From positions 30,143-94,142 of the forward strand of contig MFNE01000046.1 in assembly GCA_001783695.1 (NCBI GenBank): a stretch of 64,000 nt of DNA, written 5' to 3'. Within the stretch, counting starts at the first letter, position 1, and each line of letters begins with the position of its first letter. The notes beneath the pieces were generated by a model, which worked only from the letters and a program-made list of their open reading frames with translations, searched no databases and was not told the DNA's origin. The stretch is from Candidatus Lambdaproteobacteria bacterium RIFOXYD2_FULL_50_16. Its GTDB lineage: Bacteria > SAR324 > XYD2-FULL-50-16. Made by a program: the position numbers and the translations under genes. Shown in pieces: positions 51,386-61,449 of this stretch.

Positions 51386-52443
51386 ATTTGGACCCTTTGG
51401 GACCTCGCCGAGGCTCCACCAGCACCGCTTCCAAAGCGCCCGGCCAAAGCTTGCCCGCAGCCGCGGCAATAGCCTTGTGGGCTAAGTCGGTAGGCCTCAA
51501 TCTGGTACCAATCCCGCTGAATTAAAAGCTCTCCGCAGTGGGCACAAAGGGTCCTGCCCCCTTCGGGGTCATGAACATTGCCTGTGTAAACATGACTTAG
51601 ACCCGCCTCCACCGCAATCTGGCGCAGGTGTTTTAAGGTGGCTAAACTGGTTTTGGGGTGGTGCTTCATTTCAAAATCTGGGTGGAACGCAGAGAGATGT
51701 AGCGGTGTATGGGGCCCCATCTTTTGAGCGATCCAGCTGGCCATGGCCTGCATCTCCTCAGGCCGATCGTTTTCCCCTTCGATCACTAAATTAGTCACTT
51801 CTACCCAACACTTAGTCTCGTTAGCCAAATATTCCAGAGTCTCTAATACAGGGGCTAGATGTCCCTGGCAAAGGTGGCGATAAAAGGATTCGTTAAAGGC
51901 CTTTAGATCGACGTTAGCCGCATCCACCCACCGGTACAAATCGGCGCGGGGGGCTTTGTTGATATAACCCGCAGTCACCAAAACTACTTTAATCCCGGCC
52001 TCCTTGCAGGCTTGGGCGACCTCTATGGCAAACTCAATAAAGATAGTGGGGTCATTGTAGGTCAGGGCAACCGAATGAGCCCCTATGGCTTTAGCCGCTT
52101 GGGCAATTCGTTGAGGACTAGCCTCCTTGGCCAGGTTATCCCAATTATCCTTTTTACTAATCCCCCAATTTTGGCAAAATCGGCAGCCCAAATTGCAGCC
52201 GATGGTCCCAAAGCTAAGCACCGAACTGCCAGGGTAAAAGTGGTGGAGTGGCTTTTTTTCGATGGGGTCTAGTTGGAAACCGGATGCAAGACCAAAACTG
52301 TTTAAAAAAAGTTCACCCCCAAGGTTTTCGCGATTTTGGCAAAAGCCCGTTTCTCCTGGTTTGATTTTGCAACTGCGAGGGCAGAGTTGGCAGCGGAGCA
52401 ACCCCATCTCTAGGGGTTGCCAATATTTGCCTGGATAAAACAT
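51382..52443 (-). CDS. amrS: AmmeMemoRadiSam system radical SAM enzyme
   Basis: CQLCPRSC...GFC..R.N, DPIEKKPL.HF.PG, GCNLGCRFCQNW, NVDLKAF, AFHPDF, VYTGN and C..C...LI.R. Confidence 0.9.
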   Translation of the reverse strand: MFYPGKYWQPLEMGLLRCQLCPRSCKIKPGETGFCQNRENLGGELFLNSFGLASGFQLDPIEKKPLHHFYPGSSVLSFGTIGCNLGCRFCQNWGISKKDNWDNLAKEASPQRIAQAAKAIGAHSVALTYNDPTIFIEFAIEVAQACKEAGIKVVLVTAGYINKAPRADLYRWVDAANVDLKAFNESFYRHLCQGHLAPVLETLEYLANETKCWVEVTNLVIEGENDRPEEMQAMASWIAQKMGPHTPLHLSAFHPDFEMKHHPKTSLATLKHLRQIAVEAGLSHVYTGNVHDPEGGRTLCAHCGELLIQRDWYQIEAYRLSPQGYCRGCGQALAGRFGSGAGGASARSQRVQI

Positions 52444-52461
52444 TACACCCCCACGGAGGGT

Positions 52462-53517
52462 TTAGATCACTTCGATTCCTGGCTTTCCCTTATTAAAATT
52501 GCCAATCACACAGGCCGCGTCATTGCCTGCTTGTTGCAGTGCCTTAACCAGCGCTACTGCTTGGGCAGACGGCAAGGCCAGGAGTAAGCCCCCAGAGGTT
52601 TGGGGGTCAAACAACAATTCTTCCTGGGCCCCAGTCAGTGGATGATGCAGCTTCAGAAACGGCGAGGCCATTAACCGATTGTCTTTGTTGCTTCGGGTGG
52701 TTAACCCTTTTTGGTACATCTCTAAAGCCCCACCAAAAAAAGGAAGCCGGTGGTATTCGAGCTGTAAATTTAATCCCGCCCCTTTGGCCATCTCTAACCC
52801 ATGGCCCAAGAGCCCAAAGCCGGTCACATCCGTGGCGGCGTGAATCTCGAAGGTTTGAGCCACTCTTTTGGCAGATTGATTAAGCCGGGTCAGGCTAGGG
52901 ATCACTTCTTCAGCCAGGGCAGACGCGCTGAACTTGTCGGCGCGTGTGGCGTTGAGTAATACCCCAGAGCCTAATTTTTTAGTTAGTACCAGCGCGTCCC
53001 CAACCTGAGCGGTGGAGTTTCGCCAAATTTGGTGGGGGTCCACCGTACCACAGACCGAAAGTCCATATTTAGGCTCTTCGTCCTCGATCGAATGGCCCCC
53101 TAAAAGCACCGCCCCAGCCTCAACAATCTTGTCCGACCCACCTTGCAGGATGTCTTTTAATACGGACAGGCCTAGTTTTTTGGCAGGAAACATTACCAGG
53201 TTTAGGGCGGTCAAGGGCTCGCCTCCCATGGCGTAAACATCTGAAAGACTATTGGCCGCCGCGATCTGGCCAAATTGGTAGGGGTCATCGACCGCCGGGG
53301 TGATAAAGTCCACCGTGGCCACCAAACCCAGGCCCCCTTCCATTAGATATACCCCGGCGTCGTCGGAAGTTTCGGTTCCGACCAATAGCTGAGGATGTTT
53401 GGGCAAACCCAGCGCCGCCAACGTCTCCGACAGACCTGTCGGACCTAGCTTAGCGGCTCAACCGCAGGTGCTAGCCAGATGGGTCAGGCGAATTTTTTTA
53501 GCAAAGGGCAGTTTCAT
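52462..53517 (-). CDS. selD: Selenide, water dikinase (selenophosphate synthetase), selenocysteine-containing
   Basis: ATG 53517 gives MKLPFAKKIRLTHLASTCG-U(TGA 53458-53460)-AAKLGP, in frame with the 319-aa ORF carrying DDAGVY, TVDFITP, ANSLSDVYAMGG, GGHS, TDVTGFGLLGH and DPQTSGGLL. Confidence 0.95.
53426..53443 (-). promoter_or_regulatory. Bacterial SECIS element of selD
   Basis: Perfect hairpin UCCGACA-GGUC-UGUCGGA starting 14 nt after the in-frame UGA; its apical CAGGUCUG matches the E. coli fdhF SECIS tip as I recall it. Confidence 0.85.
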
Positions 53518-53629
53518 TGGGCTCCAATAGGTTCAGGCCCAGCCTAACATGAGGAACAAAAGTGGGCAATGCCGCTCTTGGCTTTGTGGGCTGGGTGGGG
53601 TAAGCTTAACCGCAAACTTGGGAGACTAG

Positions 53630-54571
53630 ATGAATCAAGATTTGGGTTTTGGAATTACCTTACTCGAACTTTCGGACCGGTCTGGGAAATATCCGATTTC
53701 TGGGTATCTGTTGCAGGCAGGTGGAAAAAACTACGTCATCGAGACCGGGCCAGCTGGGTCAAATGGAGTGATCCTAGACGCTTTGGTGGACGCTGGTTTA
53801 GGGGTGTTTGACTTAGATGGAATCTTAGTCACCCATATTCACTTGGATCATTCAGGCGGGGTGGGTCTCTTGGCCGAGCAGTGCCCCAAAGCGAAGATAT
53901 ATGTCCATCCCAAGGGCGCGGCGCATTTGATTGATCCTAGTAAACTCGAAAAAAGCGCCAGAGCGGTTTATGGGGATCTGTTCGAGCCATTGTTTGCCCC
54001 GATCCGCCCAGTCGCACCAGAGCGCGTGGTGCTGGTCGAAGAAGGGTTTACTTTGGAGGTTTCCCCAGGGCGGCGACTGGAATTTATTAATGCTCCAGGC
54101 CATGCGTTTCACCACTATGTGATCTGGGACCCTTTGAGTGAGGGATTTTTCACCGGGGATGCGGCCGGAATGTTTTACCCAAAGGCCCTAGAGACATACG
54201 AGGTGCCCCTCTGCCTCCCTGCCAGCACTCCGGTGCAGTTTGACCCAAAAGCCATGGCGGAGACCTTAACCCGGCTCGCCTCTTTTCATCCTAAAAGGCT
54301 ATATTACACTCATTTTGGGATGACCGAACAAGCAGGGGCGATGTTGACCCAGATGTTGGGTTGGATGCCCTTGTATGGGCAGGACGCACCCGAGCATTTC
54401 CGCAAATATCGAGACCTTGACGCGCTAGCCCAGTTCCTTTACCAAGAGATAGGCACGAAAGCGCAAGCCTTGGGCCTGCCCAACCTGCGTGGTCTCGCCG
54501 GTCTCAAATTCGACTGTGGACTCAACGCCCAAGGTATCGCCGCCCACGTCGAGTTTAGCGAGCGGGTTTGA
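53630..54571 (+). CDS. Metallo-beta-lactamase fold hydrolase
   Basis: THIHLDHSGG (HxHxDH), APGHAFHH, FTGDAAG and YTHFG. Confidence 0.9.
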   Translation: MNQDLGFGITLLELSDRSGKYPISGYLLQAGGKNYVIETGPAGSNGVILDALVDAGLGVFDLDGILVTHIHLDHSGGVGLLAEQCPKAKIYVHPKGAAHLIDPSKLEKSARAVYGDLFEPLFAPIRPVAPERVVLVEEGFTLEVSPGRRLEFINAPGHAFHHYVIWDPLSEGFFTGDAAGMFYPKALETYEVPLCLPASTPVQFDPKAMAETLTRLASFHPKRLYYTHFGMTEQAGAMLTQMLGWMPLYGQDAPEHFRKYRDLDALAQFLYQEIGTKAQALGLPNLRGLAGLKFDCGLNAQGIAAHVEFSERV

Positions 54572-54758
54572 CTCTGGCGACCAGAGCCATGATTCAGTAG
54601 AGGGCCTTGCCCTGGCTGGATCGCTCCCGTTTATTGCAAGACTTTAGTGGTTATCTCGGATGCCCCGTTTGGGGAGGCTAACCCTGCAAAATTGCTGGCA
54701 AAAGCGTGTGGATGTAGCTAACAACGGGTGGGACGATTCCTGCCATGCATAGGTCTTG

Positions 54759-55679
54759 ATGAATAGAACACAACTTATCCGAGGACTGCTTGATTCAATT
54801 TTGATTGGCTTGGTGGCCTTTTCATGTCTCTTGTCTTTTTTCCCTACGGCAGTTCGGGTATCATTGAATTTGGATGCAAACCCAGAGGTAGGCCGCTTTG
54901 CCCCGGTCGGAGCCCAAGTGCAACTTTCTCACACAAAACCCTCCAAGGGCACCGAACCCCTTTTTGTGGACTCCTTAAGTAACTTGGGGATTAACGGCTC
55001 CTTTAGTGTGAGTTTCTGGGTGAACCCTGCGCAATCGCAAAAAGCCGAAAAACCCTACTTGCTGAATCTGCTTTGGATCGGAAATCCCGACGAAGAGGCC
55101 CGGCCCTTAGCTTCCCTTTGGGTAAATGCGATTACCAATAATTTCCATATTTCTAGCGCCAATGGATCCTTCGAAACCGAGCCTTTCAGTTTTCAAACAG
55201 ATCAGCCCAGCCGCCTAACCCTGACCTACGACCAAAATAGTGGTTCAATGAGGTGGTATTGGAATAAAAGGAGTTTGGAATACACCCAGGTTCCTTGGAT
55301 CCAAAGCCATTTTTTCCCCTCGAACTCTGCGGGTAACCTGCAAATTCGGCTTGCCGGGGGACTGGCACCTCAGACTCAAATGCACGGGCAATACCGGTTA
55401 ACGGTTTGGCCCAAAATGTTAACCGAGGCAGAGGTAGCACAGGTCCACCAAACGACCAGCTTTAAATGGCATGAATATCTCGATGACCCCAAATGGGAAC
55501 CGCGTCGTCACCTATTTCGGTTGATTTCTGGGTCCCTGTTGGTGGTTAGCCTCTTATTATTGAGTTACCGACGGGGCTGGATCAATTATAAGAAGGTAGC
55601 TCAAGAGATGCGTGATATCGAGCGGCTCACCTTACTGATTCTGGCCATTATGTTTCTCTTAATGTGGTTGAGGGATTAG
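54759..55679 (+). CDS. Membrane-anchored protein with LamG/ConA-like domain
   Basis: N-terminal TM; FSVSFWVNP, LTLTYD...WYWN and LTVW.K.LT..EV (LamG-like pattern); C-terminal TMs. Confidence 0.55.
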   Translation: MNRTQLIRGLLDSILIGLVAFSCLLSFFPTAVRVSLNLDANPEVGRFAPVGAQVQLSHTKPSKGTEPLFVDSLSNLGINGSFSVSFWVNPAQSQKAEKPYLLNLLWIGNPDEEARPLASLWVNAITNNFHISSANGSFETEPFSFQTDQPSRLTLTYDQNSGSMRWYWNKRSLEYTQVPWIQSHFFPSNSAGNLQIRLAGGLAPQTQMHGQYRLTVWPKMLTEAEVAQVHQTTSFKWHEYLDDPKWEPRRHLFRLISGSLLVVSLLLLSYRRGWINYKKVAQEMRDIERLTLLILAIMFLLMWLRD

Positions 55680-57700
55680 TGGACAAGTTTAAAGCAAGAT
55701 TAGACTATTTTTTAGCAAATCCCTTCTTGGTAGGTTGCCTGCTTTGGGGGGTGCTTTTTGTTTGGTGGAGCCATTTTCGCTTAGGCATGCTGTTTCTCAG
55801 AGGCGAGACCGGTGAAGACCTTTTGCGGTATGCCTATAGTCTAGAACGAATGTCTCGGGGCAGTCTGCCTCTTTGGAATCCATGGGTTGATGGAGGGCAA
55901 CCCTATACAATTTGGCTGCTTTTAACCGAATTTCCCTCGCCTTTGGATGGGTTGTTGGCGTTGGTCTTGGGGCTATTTTCAGGACTTAATCCTGTGCAGG
56001 CTACTGGGTTAGTATTGGTTACTTACGCCGCCCTTTTTTGGCTGTTTTGTTACCGAATCTCGCTGTTTTTGGGAGCCTATTTGTTCGGGGTCCACTCTGG
56101 GCATTTTCGCAAGTTAGCATTATTTACCAGTCTGGCTCAAGTAACCGCCGTCTTCCGCTTTGGCGGAATGGGGACCAATGTTGTTTATCTGCAAATTTTT
56201 TTTCTAATCCCGCCAGCTTTGTACTATTTTTTGCGGTTTACTTCTCGCGAAGGCCAGCCGAGGGATCTGGTCTGGTTTATGGTGATTTTTGGCTTGCTGC
56301 CCTATACAGCCGGCAGTTATATAATCCCGATTGCATTGTTTATTTTGACGATTGGTTTGTTGAGCTTGCCGGTTTTGGTCAGGCGATACCAAGAAAACCG
56401 CAAAAGATTAAGGGAATTGTGGCCTCTTTTGGGAGTGCCAATTTTTTTGGGCCCTGCGGCCAGTGTTTATAGTGCTGAATTCCCCCGTATCTGGCGGGCG
56501 GGCCGAGACATGGTCAATCCCACCTTCGAAGCCTTGGTTTACGGACAATCAGCGCCGACGGTTTCGTTGTTTATGCGCTTGTTTAGGGGAAGCATAGACA
56601 ATCCCTGCACTTGGTTGCTTTTATTGATCCCCTTTGGTTTTTTGGTTCTTTTTAGAAAAGAAATACTCCAGCGACATTTGGGGCTGTGGGGGACTTTTTG
56701 GGCGCTTTCCACGGTCTGTTTAGGGGCTTATTCGCCCTTTTACCGGGTTTATTACGATTGGCTTTTCCCCTTTTTGCAGCAGGTTAGGTACACCGATATT
56801 TATTTCGACCTAACCGCTTTTCTGGTCCTCCAATTGGCGGCAACGGGGATCTGGCTTTTTTGGCAGCGCCCTTTTTGGAGTGATCTAGTTATTGGAGCGG
56901 GGGCGATTTATTTAACCATGGATCAGTTCGAAATGTTAGGGTTAAATTTTGAGCAGGCAGTTGGACTGTCGGGGCTTGGAATAACGATGTTGGTGGCCCG
57001 CCGCGCGGGTGGATATAGGGCCGGTTTATCGCTCGGGACTGCGGGCCTTTTGGCGCTGGGAGCAGGGGGGCAGATCTGGCCTACCCAGACGAATTTTATT
57101 GGGTTTTACTTCAGTCGGGATCAAGAACATTTCTTCGGCGAATCGGTCGATCCCCCGAAATCTCGGGTTAATCGAGTAAAGCTGGACCGCGAAAAGTGGG
57201 GTGCCGGGTTTCCGATATGGTACCATGAAGTGATATACGATCCTGGTTCAAATTTCTTGCGGATCAATGATACCCAAAGTTTGGATCAAACACTGAATCC
57301 AGCCTCACGGGAACAGGTTTTTGCCTTAGGACAGCCTTGGCTAAAACTAAGTGACACCGTTTCTGTTGATTTAATTCAAACGGGCGCCCAAGAGGAACCC
57401 AACTTGGGAGAAATTAAAATCCTTAGCTACGAGCCAGAATCTTTGAAATTGCTGGTCACTTCGGATTCTGCGCGGTTTTTGCGCTGGGCCGATGCCTTTC
57501 ACCCCGATTGGCAAGCTACCTTAAACGGGAAACCAGCGCCTATACTCCGCTCCAATCAGATATTTAAGGCAATTCAAGTCCCTCAAGGCAAGAGTGAAAT
57601 AACCTTTGAGTTTAAACCTATGTTTGCTAATTGGTATCGATTGGCGGTTTTGACTTGGGCGGGGATGCTGGTTATTGGGATTCGCTCAAAACGGCGTTGA
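55664..57700 (+). CDS. YfhO-family membrane protein (GT-C-like glycosyltransferase)
   Basis: LPLWNPW..GGQP, many TM helices and C-terminal DAFHPDWQATLNGK...FKAI.VPQG...I.F.F.P. Confidence 0.75.
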   Translation: MVEGLVDKFKARLDYFLANPFLVGCLLWGVLFVWWSHFRLGMLFLRGETGEDLLRYAYSLERMSRGSLPLWNPWVDGGQPYTIWLLLTEFPSPLDGLLALVLGLFSGLNPVQATGLVLVTYAALFWLFCYRISLFLGAYLFGVHSGHFRKLALFTSLAQVTAVFRFGGMGTNVVYLQIFFLIPPALYYFLRFTSREGQPRDLVWFMVIFGLLPYTAGSYIIPIALFILTIGLLSLPVLVRRYQENRKRLRELWPLLGVPIFLGPAASVYSAEFPRIWRAGRDMVNPTFEALVYGQSAPTVSLFMRLFRGSIDNPCTWLLLLIPFGFLVLFRKEILQRHLGLWGTFWALSTVCLGAYSPFYRVYYDWLFPFLQQVRYTDIYFDLTAFLVLQLAATGIWLFWQRPFWSDLVIGAGAIYLTMDQFEMLGLNFEQAVGLSGLGITMLVARRAGGYRAGLSLGTAGLLALGAGGQIWPTQTNFIGFYFSRDQEHFFGESVDPPKSRVNRVKLDREKWGAGFPIWYHEVIYDPGSNFLRINDTQSLDQTLNPASREQVFALGQPWLKLSDTVSVDLIQTGAQEEPNLGEIKILSYEPESLKLLVTSDSARFLRWADAFHPDWQATLNGKPAPILRSNQIFKAIQVPQGKSEITFEFKPMFANWYRLAVLTWAGMLVIGIRSKRR

Positions 57701-57734
57701 GCTTCAGCGCGGCGCTCTCCCTAGGTTCCACCCG

Positions 57735-58541
57735 CTACTCCCGCCCCAGCTCCTCGGCGCGTTCTTTGGCCTTGGTGAAAGCCTGGATCATTTGCTCTAA
57801 AACCCCGGCTTGGTTAAGGTGGTTTAAGGCCGCCTCGGTGGTACCGCCTTTGGAGGTGACCTTAACCCTCAGGTCAGCCGCTTCTTCATCGGTGCTAGCC
57901 AACAGTAAAGAGGCACCCACTAAAGTTTGAGAAACCAGGGTGCGGGCGTTGTTGCGGCTAAACCCGAAGCGCACTGCCGCCTCGGCCATGGCTTCGGCCA
58001 GATAAAATAAATAGGCCGGGCCTGATCCAGAGATGGCCGTGGCTGCATCAATCATCTGTTCTGATTCCACCTCTATTGCCTGTCCCAGGCCACTTAAAAT
58101 CACCTGGGCCACCCCTAAGCGTCCAGGGGTGACCTTTGTGTTGCCACAAAAGGCGGTCATCCCTTGGCCGATGGCGCTAGGGGTGTTGGGCATGGCGCGA
58201 ACAATCATCCGGTTTGGAAAAAAGGACTCCATCTTGGCTAGCGTAATCCCGGCCATAATCGAAATCACTAGGCTGTCCCCATTCAGCATGGGTGCGAGAC
58301 CTCCCATTACCTGAACTGCGTCTTGCGGTTTGACCGCCAAAACCACAAGTTCTAAAGGGGCTTGGACCTCGTTTAACTCTCGATGGAACTTGACCCCTTT
58401 GCCTTCGAGTTCCAGGGTTTGCTTCGTGTCGCGGCGTTCAAGAATCTCTAAACTTTCACGCGAAAAGATCTCTTTTTCTAAAAGAGCGGTGGCAATCGCG
58501 GAACCCATGTTGCCACAACCGACAATTAACGCCCTTTTCAT
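57735..58541 (-). CDS. proC: Pyrroline-5-carboxylate reductase
   Basis: GCGNMG, LAVKPQ, RAMPNTP, SGSGPAY and VTSKGGTT. Confidence 0.96.
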   Translation of the reverse strand: MKRALIVGCGNMGSAIATALLEKEIFSRESLEILERRDTKQTLELEGKGVKFHRELNEVQAPLELVVLAVKPQDAVQVMGGLAPMLNGDSLVISIMAGITLAKMESFFPNRMIVRAMPNTPSAIGQGMTAFCGNTKVTPGRLGVAQVILSGLGQAIEVESEQMIDAATAISGSGPAYLFYLAEAMAEAAVRFGFSRNNARTLVSQTLVGASLLLASTDEEAADLRVKVTSKGGTTEAALNHLNQAGVLEQMIQAFTKAKERAEELGRE

Positions 58542-59620
58542 CCTTTCGTCCGCTCAAATTCTTTCATAAAATCAGCCAATGCCTGCACCCCGGCTAAGGG
58601 CATGGCATTATAAATCGACGCCCGCGCCCCACCCACTAAACGGTGACCCTTGAGGGCGTAAAGCCCTTGCTTTTGGGCTTGCGCTACAAAATCAGCCAAC
58701 AGGTCTTCTTGGGCCAGATTAAAACAAACGTTCATCAAACTCCGGTGCTCCTTGTGAGCGACTGGGCGGTAAAACTGGCTTTGGTCCAAGCAATCGTATA
58801 GCACCGCCGCTTTTTGGGAATTGATCTTAGAAATCGCCTCAACACCCCCTTCCCCTTCGAGCCATTTAAGCACTAGATTAATCATCCAGATGGCAAAGGT
58901 GTTGGCCGTGTTGGCCATGCTATGGTTGTCCCGGTAAACCGCAAAATCTAGGAGTTTGGGGCAATCCTTGGGAGCGTGACCGATAAGGTCTTTGCGGACA
59001 AACACCATCGCAATCCCTGAAGGCCCCAGATTTTTTTGAGCCCCTGCGTAAACCAGACCGGTCTTTGAATAATCAATCGGCCTCGATAAAATCTCAGAGG
59101 TCATATCTACCACTAAGGGCACTTCACCGGTCTTTGGGAACTCTTTGTACTGGGTGCCAAAGAGGGTGTTGTTACTGGTGATATGCAGAAAACTAGCCTC
59201 TGGATCGACTGGAATAATTTTAGGAATTTCGGCAAACCCATTGGCCGCGCTGCTGGCGGCCAGTTCGATCCGCCCAAACTTCGCGGCCTCGGTGGCGGCG
59301 ATTTGGGAGAAGTTGCCGGTCTCCACGTACTGGGCCATGCGCTTGGGTTTTCGGCCCATCAGGTTCAGCGGCACTGCCGAAAACAACATTTGCGCGCCCC
59401 CATGGAAGTACAAAATCTCGTAGTTTTCCGGTAGCTTAGCCACTCGGCGGAAGAGTTCGTCCGTCTCCGACAAGAGCGCCTCAAACTGTTTTGAGCGGTG
59501 ACTGACCTCGACGATAGAAACCCCTAACCCGGCAAAATCCAAGAATCCTTCTTGAACCTGTTTCATCACCGGTCTGGGTAACATCGCCGGTCCGGCGCCA
59601 AAATTGTAAACTTCTTTCAT
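58538..59620 (-). CDS. serC: Phosphoserine aminotransferase
   Basis: NFGAGPA, SHRS, YAGAQKNLGPSG and GHRLVGGARASIYNA. Confidence 0.97.
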   Translation of the reverse strand: MKEVYNFGAGPAMLPRPVMKQVQEGFLDFAGLGVSIVEVSHRSKQFEALLSETDELFRRVAKLPENYEILYFHGGAQMLFSAVPLNLMGRKPKRMAQYVETGNFSQIAATEAAKFGRIELAASSAANGFAEIPKIIPVDPEASFLHITSNNTLFGTQYKEFPKTGEVPLVVDMTSEILSRPIDYSKTGLVYAGAQKNLGPSGIAMVFVRKDLIGHAPKDCPKLLDFAVYRDNHSMANTANTFAIWMINLVLKWLEGEGGVEAISKINSQKAAVLYDCLDQSQFYRPVAHKEHRSLMNVCFNLAQEDLLADFVAQAQKQGLYALKGHRLVGGARASIYNAMPLAGVQALADFMKEFERTKG

Positions 59621-59679
59621 AGTTGCTTCTTTGTAAGTGAACCTTAAAACCTAAAAGGGTCAGATGGCTCCGTCAAGGA

Positions 59680-61272
59680 TCAAGCCGGAATATGGTCCGA
59701 GTTGGCAAAAAACTGCATACCTTTAAACTTTTCTTTAGCGTAGTCGAGGTCCCAGGGGCTGTTGCACAAAAAGATTGGCTTTTGGTCCACGTCTATGGCC
59801 ACTTGGCCGACGTAGCGAGACTCAAAATCTTTTTTTACCTTGAGGTCGGTGGCGTGATACCAGCGGGCCAGTTGGTAACCCACGGGCTCAAAAACCCCTT
59901 CGACCCCGTATTCCCCCAGCAGGCGGAACTTGATCACCTCAAATTGCAAAACCCCCACCACCCCTAAGACCAATCCGCCCGATTGCAGCTTAAAGACCTG
60001 GGTTGCACCCTCTTCGGTAAGCTGTTGGAGGCCCTTTTCGAGCTGTTTGGTTTTTAAGGGATTGGCTAGACGGACCCGCATAAAATGTTCAGGTGAGAAG
60101 TGGGGGATACCCGTAAAGTTTAGGGGTTCCCCTTCGGAGAAGGAATCGCCGATTTTAAAAAGCCCGGTGTCATAAAGCCCGATGATCTCCCCTGGCCAAG
60201 CCTCGTCTAATTGTTCCCGGTCTTGGGCTAAAAACCCCATCACCTTGGACAGCTTGATTTGACGCTCTAGCCGCACATGGTTGACCTTCATTCCCTTTTC
60301 GAACTTGCCCGAGCAAACCCGTAAAAAGGCCACCCGGTCTCGGTGGGCCGGGTCCATGTTGGCTTGGATCTTAAAAATAAAGCCAGTCAATTTGGGTTCT
60401 TCAGGTGCGACAAACCGTTCTAAAGCCGGTCTGGGCAGGGGGCCGGGGGCGTAGCGTAGAAAATCGTCTAAAAATTCTTGCACGCCAAAACTGTTCATTG
60501 CCGAGCCAAAAAAGACCGGGGTCTGCAACCCTCCCAAGTAAGACTCGGGGTCAAAAGCACTGCCCGCCCCTTCTAAGAGTTCCATCTCTTCTCGAAACTG
60601 GGCTCCCCAGGTACCTATGGCGTATTTGTCGAGCAGCAGGTCGTCCCATCCCGTAAGTTGGACCTCGTCAAATTCCTTGCGGTCCGCCCCTTCTTTAAAA
60701 ATACGTAGTTTTTTGGTCTGCCGGTGATAGACCCCAGCAAATTCAGAGCCCATACCTACCGGCCAAGTGATAGGGCTAGTTTGAATCCCCAGGACCTCCT
60801 CGATTTCGTCTAACAGCTCAAAGGGACTTCGGCACTGGCGGTCGAATTTGTTGATAAAGGTCATCACCGGCGTGTTGCGCATCCGGCAGACCTCTAAGAG
60901 CTTTTTAGTCTGGGCTTCCACCCCTTTGGCCCCGTCAATCAACATCAGCGCCGAATCCACCGCCGTCAACACCCGGTAGGTGTCTTCGGAAAAGTCCTGG
61001 TGACCGGGGGTGTCGAGTAGGGTTATATTAAAACCCTTATATAAAAAGGTCATCACCGAGCTGGTGACCGAAATACCCCGTTGTTTCTCGATCTCCATCC
61101 AGTCGCTGGTGGCGTAGCGCCCCGATTTACGAGACTTCACCGTCCCCGCCATCTGAATCGCCCCACCGAACAAGAGTAGTTTTTCGGTAATAGTGGTCTT
61201 GCCCGCGTCGGGGTGCGAGATAATAGCGAAGGTCCGCTGGCGGGCTATTCGTTGTTCGATTTCAGGGGGCAT
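59680..61272 (-). CDS. prfC: Peptide chain release factor 3
   Basis: ISHPDAGKTT, SDWMEIEKQRGIS, DTPGHQDFSEDTYR and KIQANMDPAHRDR. Confidence 0.98.
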   Translation of the reverse strand: MPPEIEQRIARQRTFAIISHPDAGKTTITEKLLLFGGAIQMAGTVKSRKSGRYATSDWMEIEKQRGISVTSSVMTFLYKGFNITLLDTPGHQDFSEDTYRVLTAVDSALMLIDGAKGVEAQTKKLLEVCRMRNTPVMTFINKFDRQCRSPFELLDEIEEVLGIQTSPITWPVGMGSEFAGVYHRQTKKLRIFKEGADRKEFDEVQLTGWDDLLLDKYAIGTWGAQFREEMELLEGAGSAFDPESYLGGLQTPVFFGSAMNSFGVQEFLDDFLRYAPGPLPRPALERFVAPEEPKLTGFIFKIQANMDPAHRDRVAFLRVCSGKFEKGMKVNHVRLERQIKLSKVMGFLAQDREQLDEAWPGEIIGLYDTGLFKIGDSFSEGEPLNFTGIPHFSPEHFMRVRLANPLKTKQLEKGLQQLTEEGATQVFKLQSGGLVLGVVGVLQFEVIKFRLLGEYGVEGVFEPVGYQLARWYHATDLKVKKDFESRYVGQVAIDVDQKPIFLCNSPWDLDYAKEKFKGMQFFANSDHIPA

Positions 61273-61449
61273 GATGGGCTGGCTAAGGATTAAGCGGTAA
61301 AGCTAGCCGATTGTGGGGGTTTTGGCTAGGGGGGGGGCGGAGGATAAAGCGGGACGGATAAAAGGTTGGCCCTAGCGGGTTTTTGAGGCGTAGTGGCCTT
61401 TTTTTTGCTTGGTACCTGGGGGAACTGGGCTAAGCATCAAAAGGAATCT

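Noticed and set aside
54569-54586. TGA stop of the MBL hydrolase followed by hairpin CTCTGG-CGA-CCAGAG as a possible second Sec site
   Set aside because: The hairpin abuts the stop with no SECIS-like spacing or loop, and the domain is already complete.
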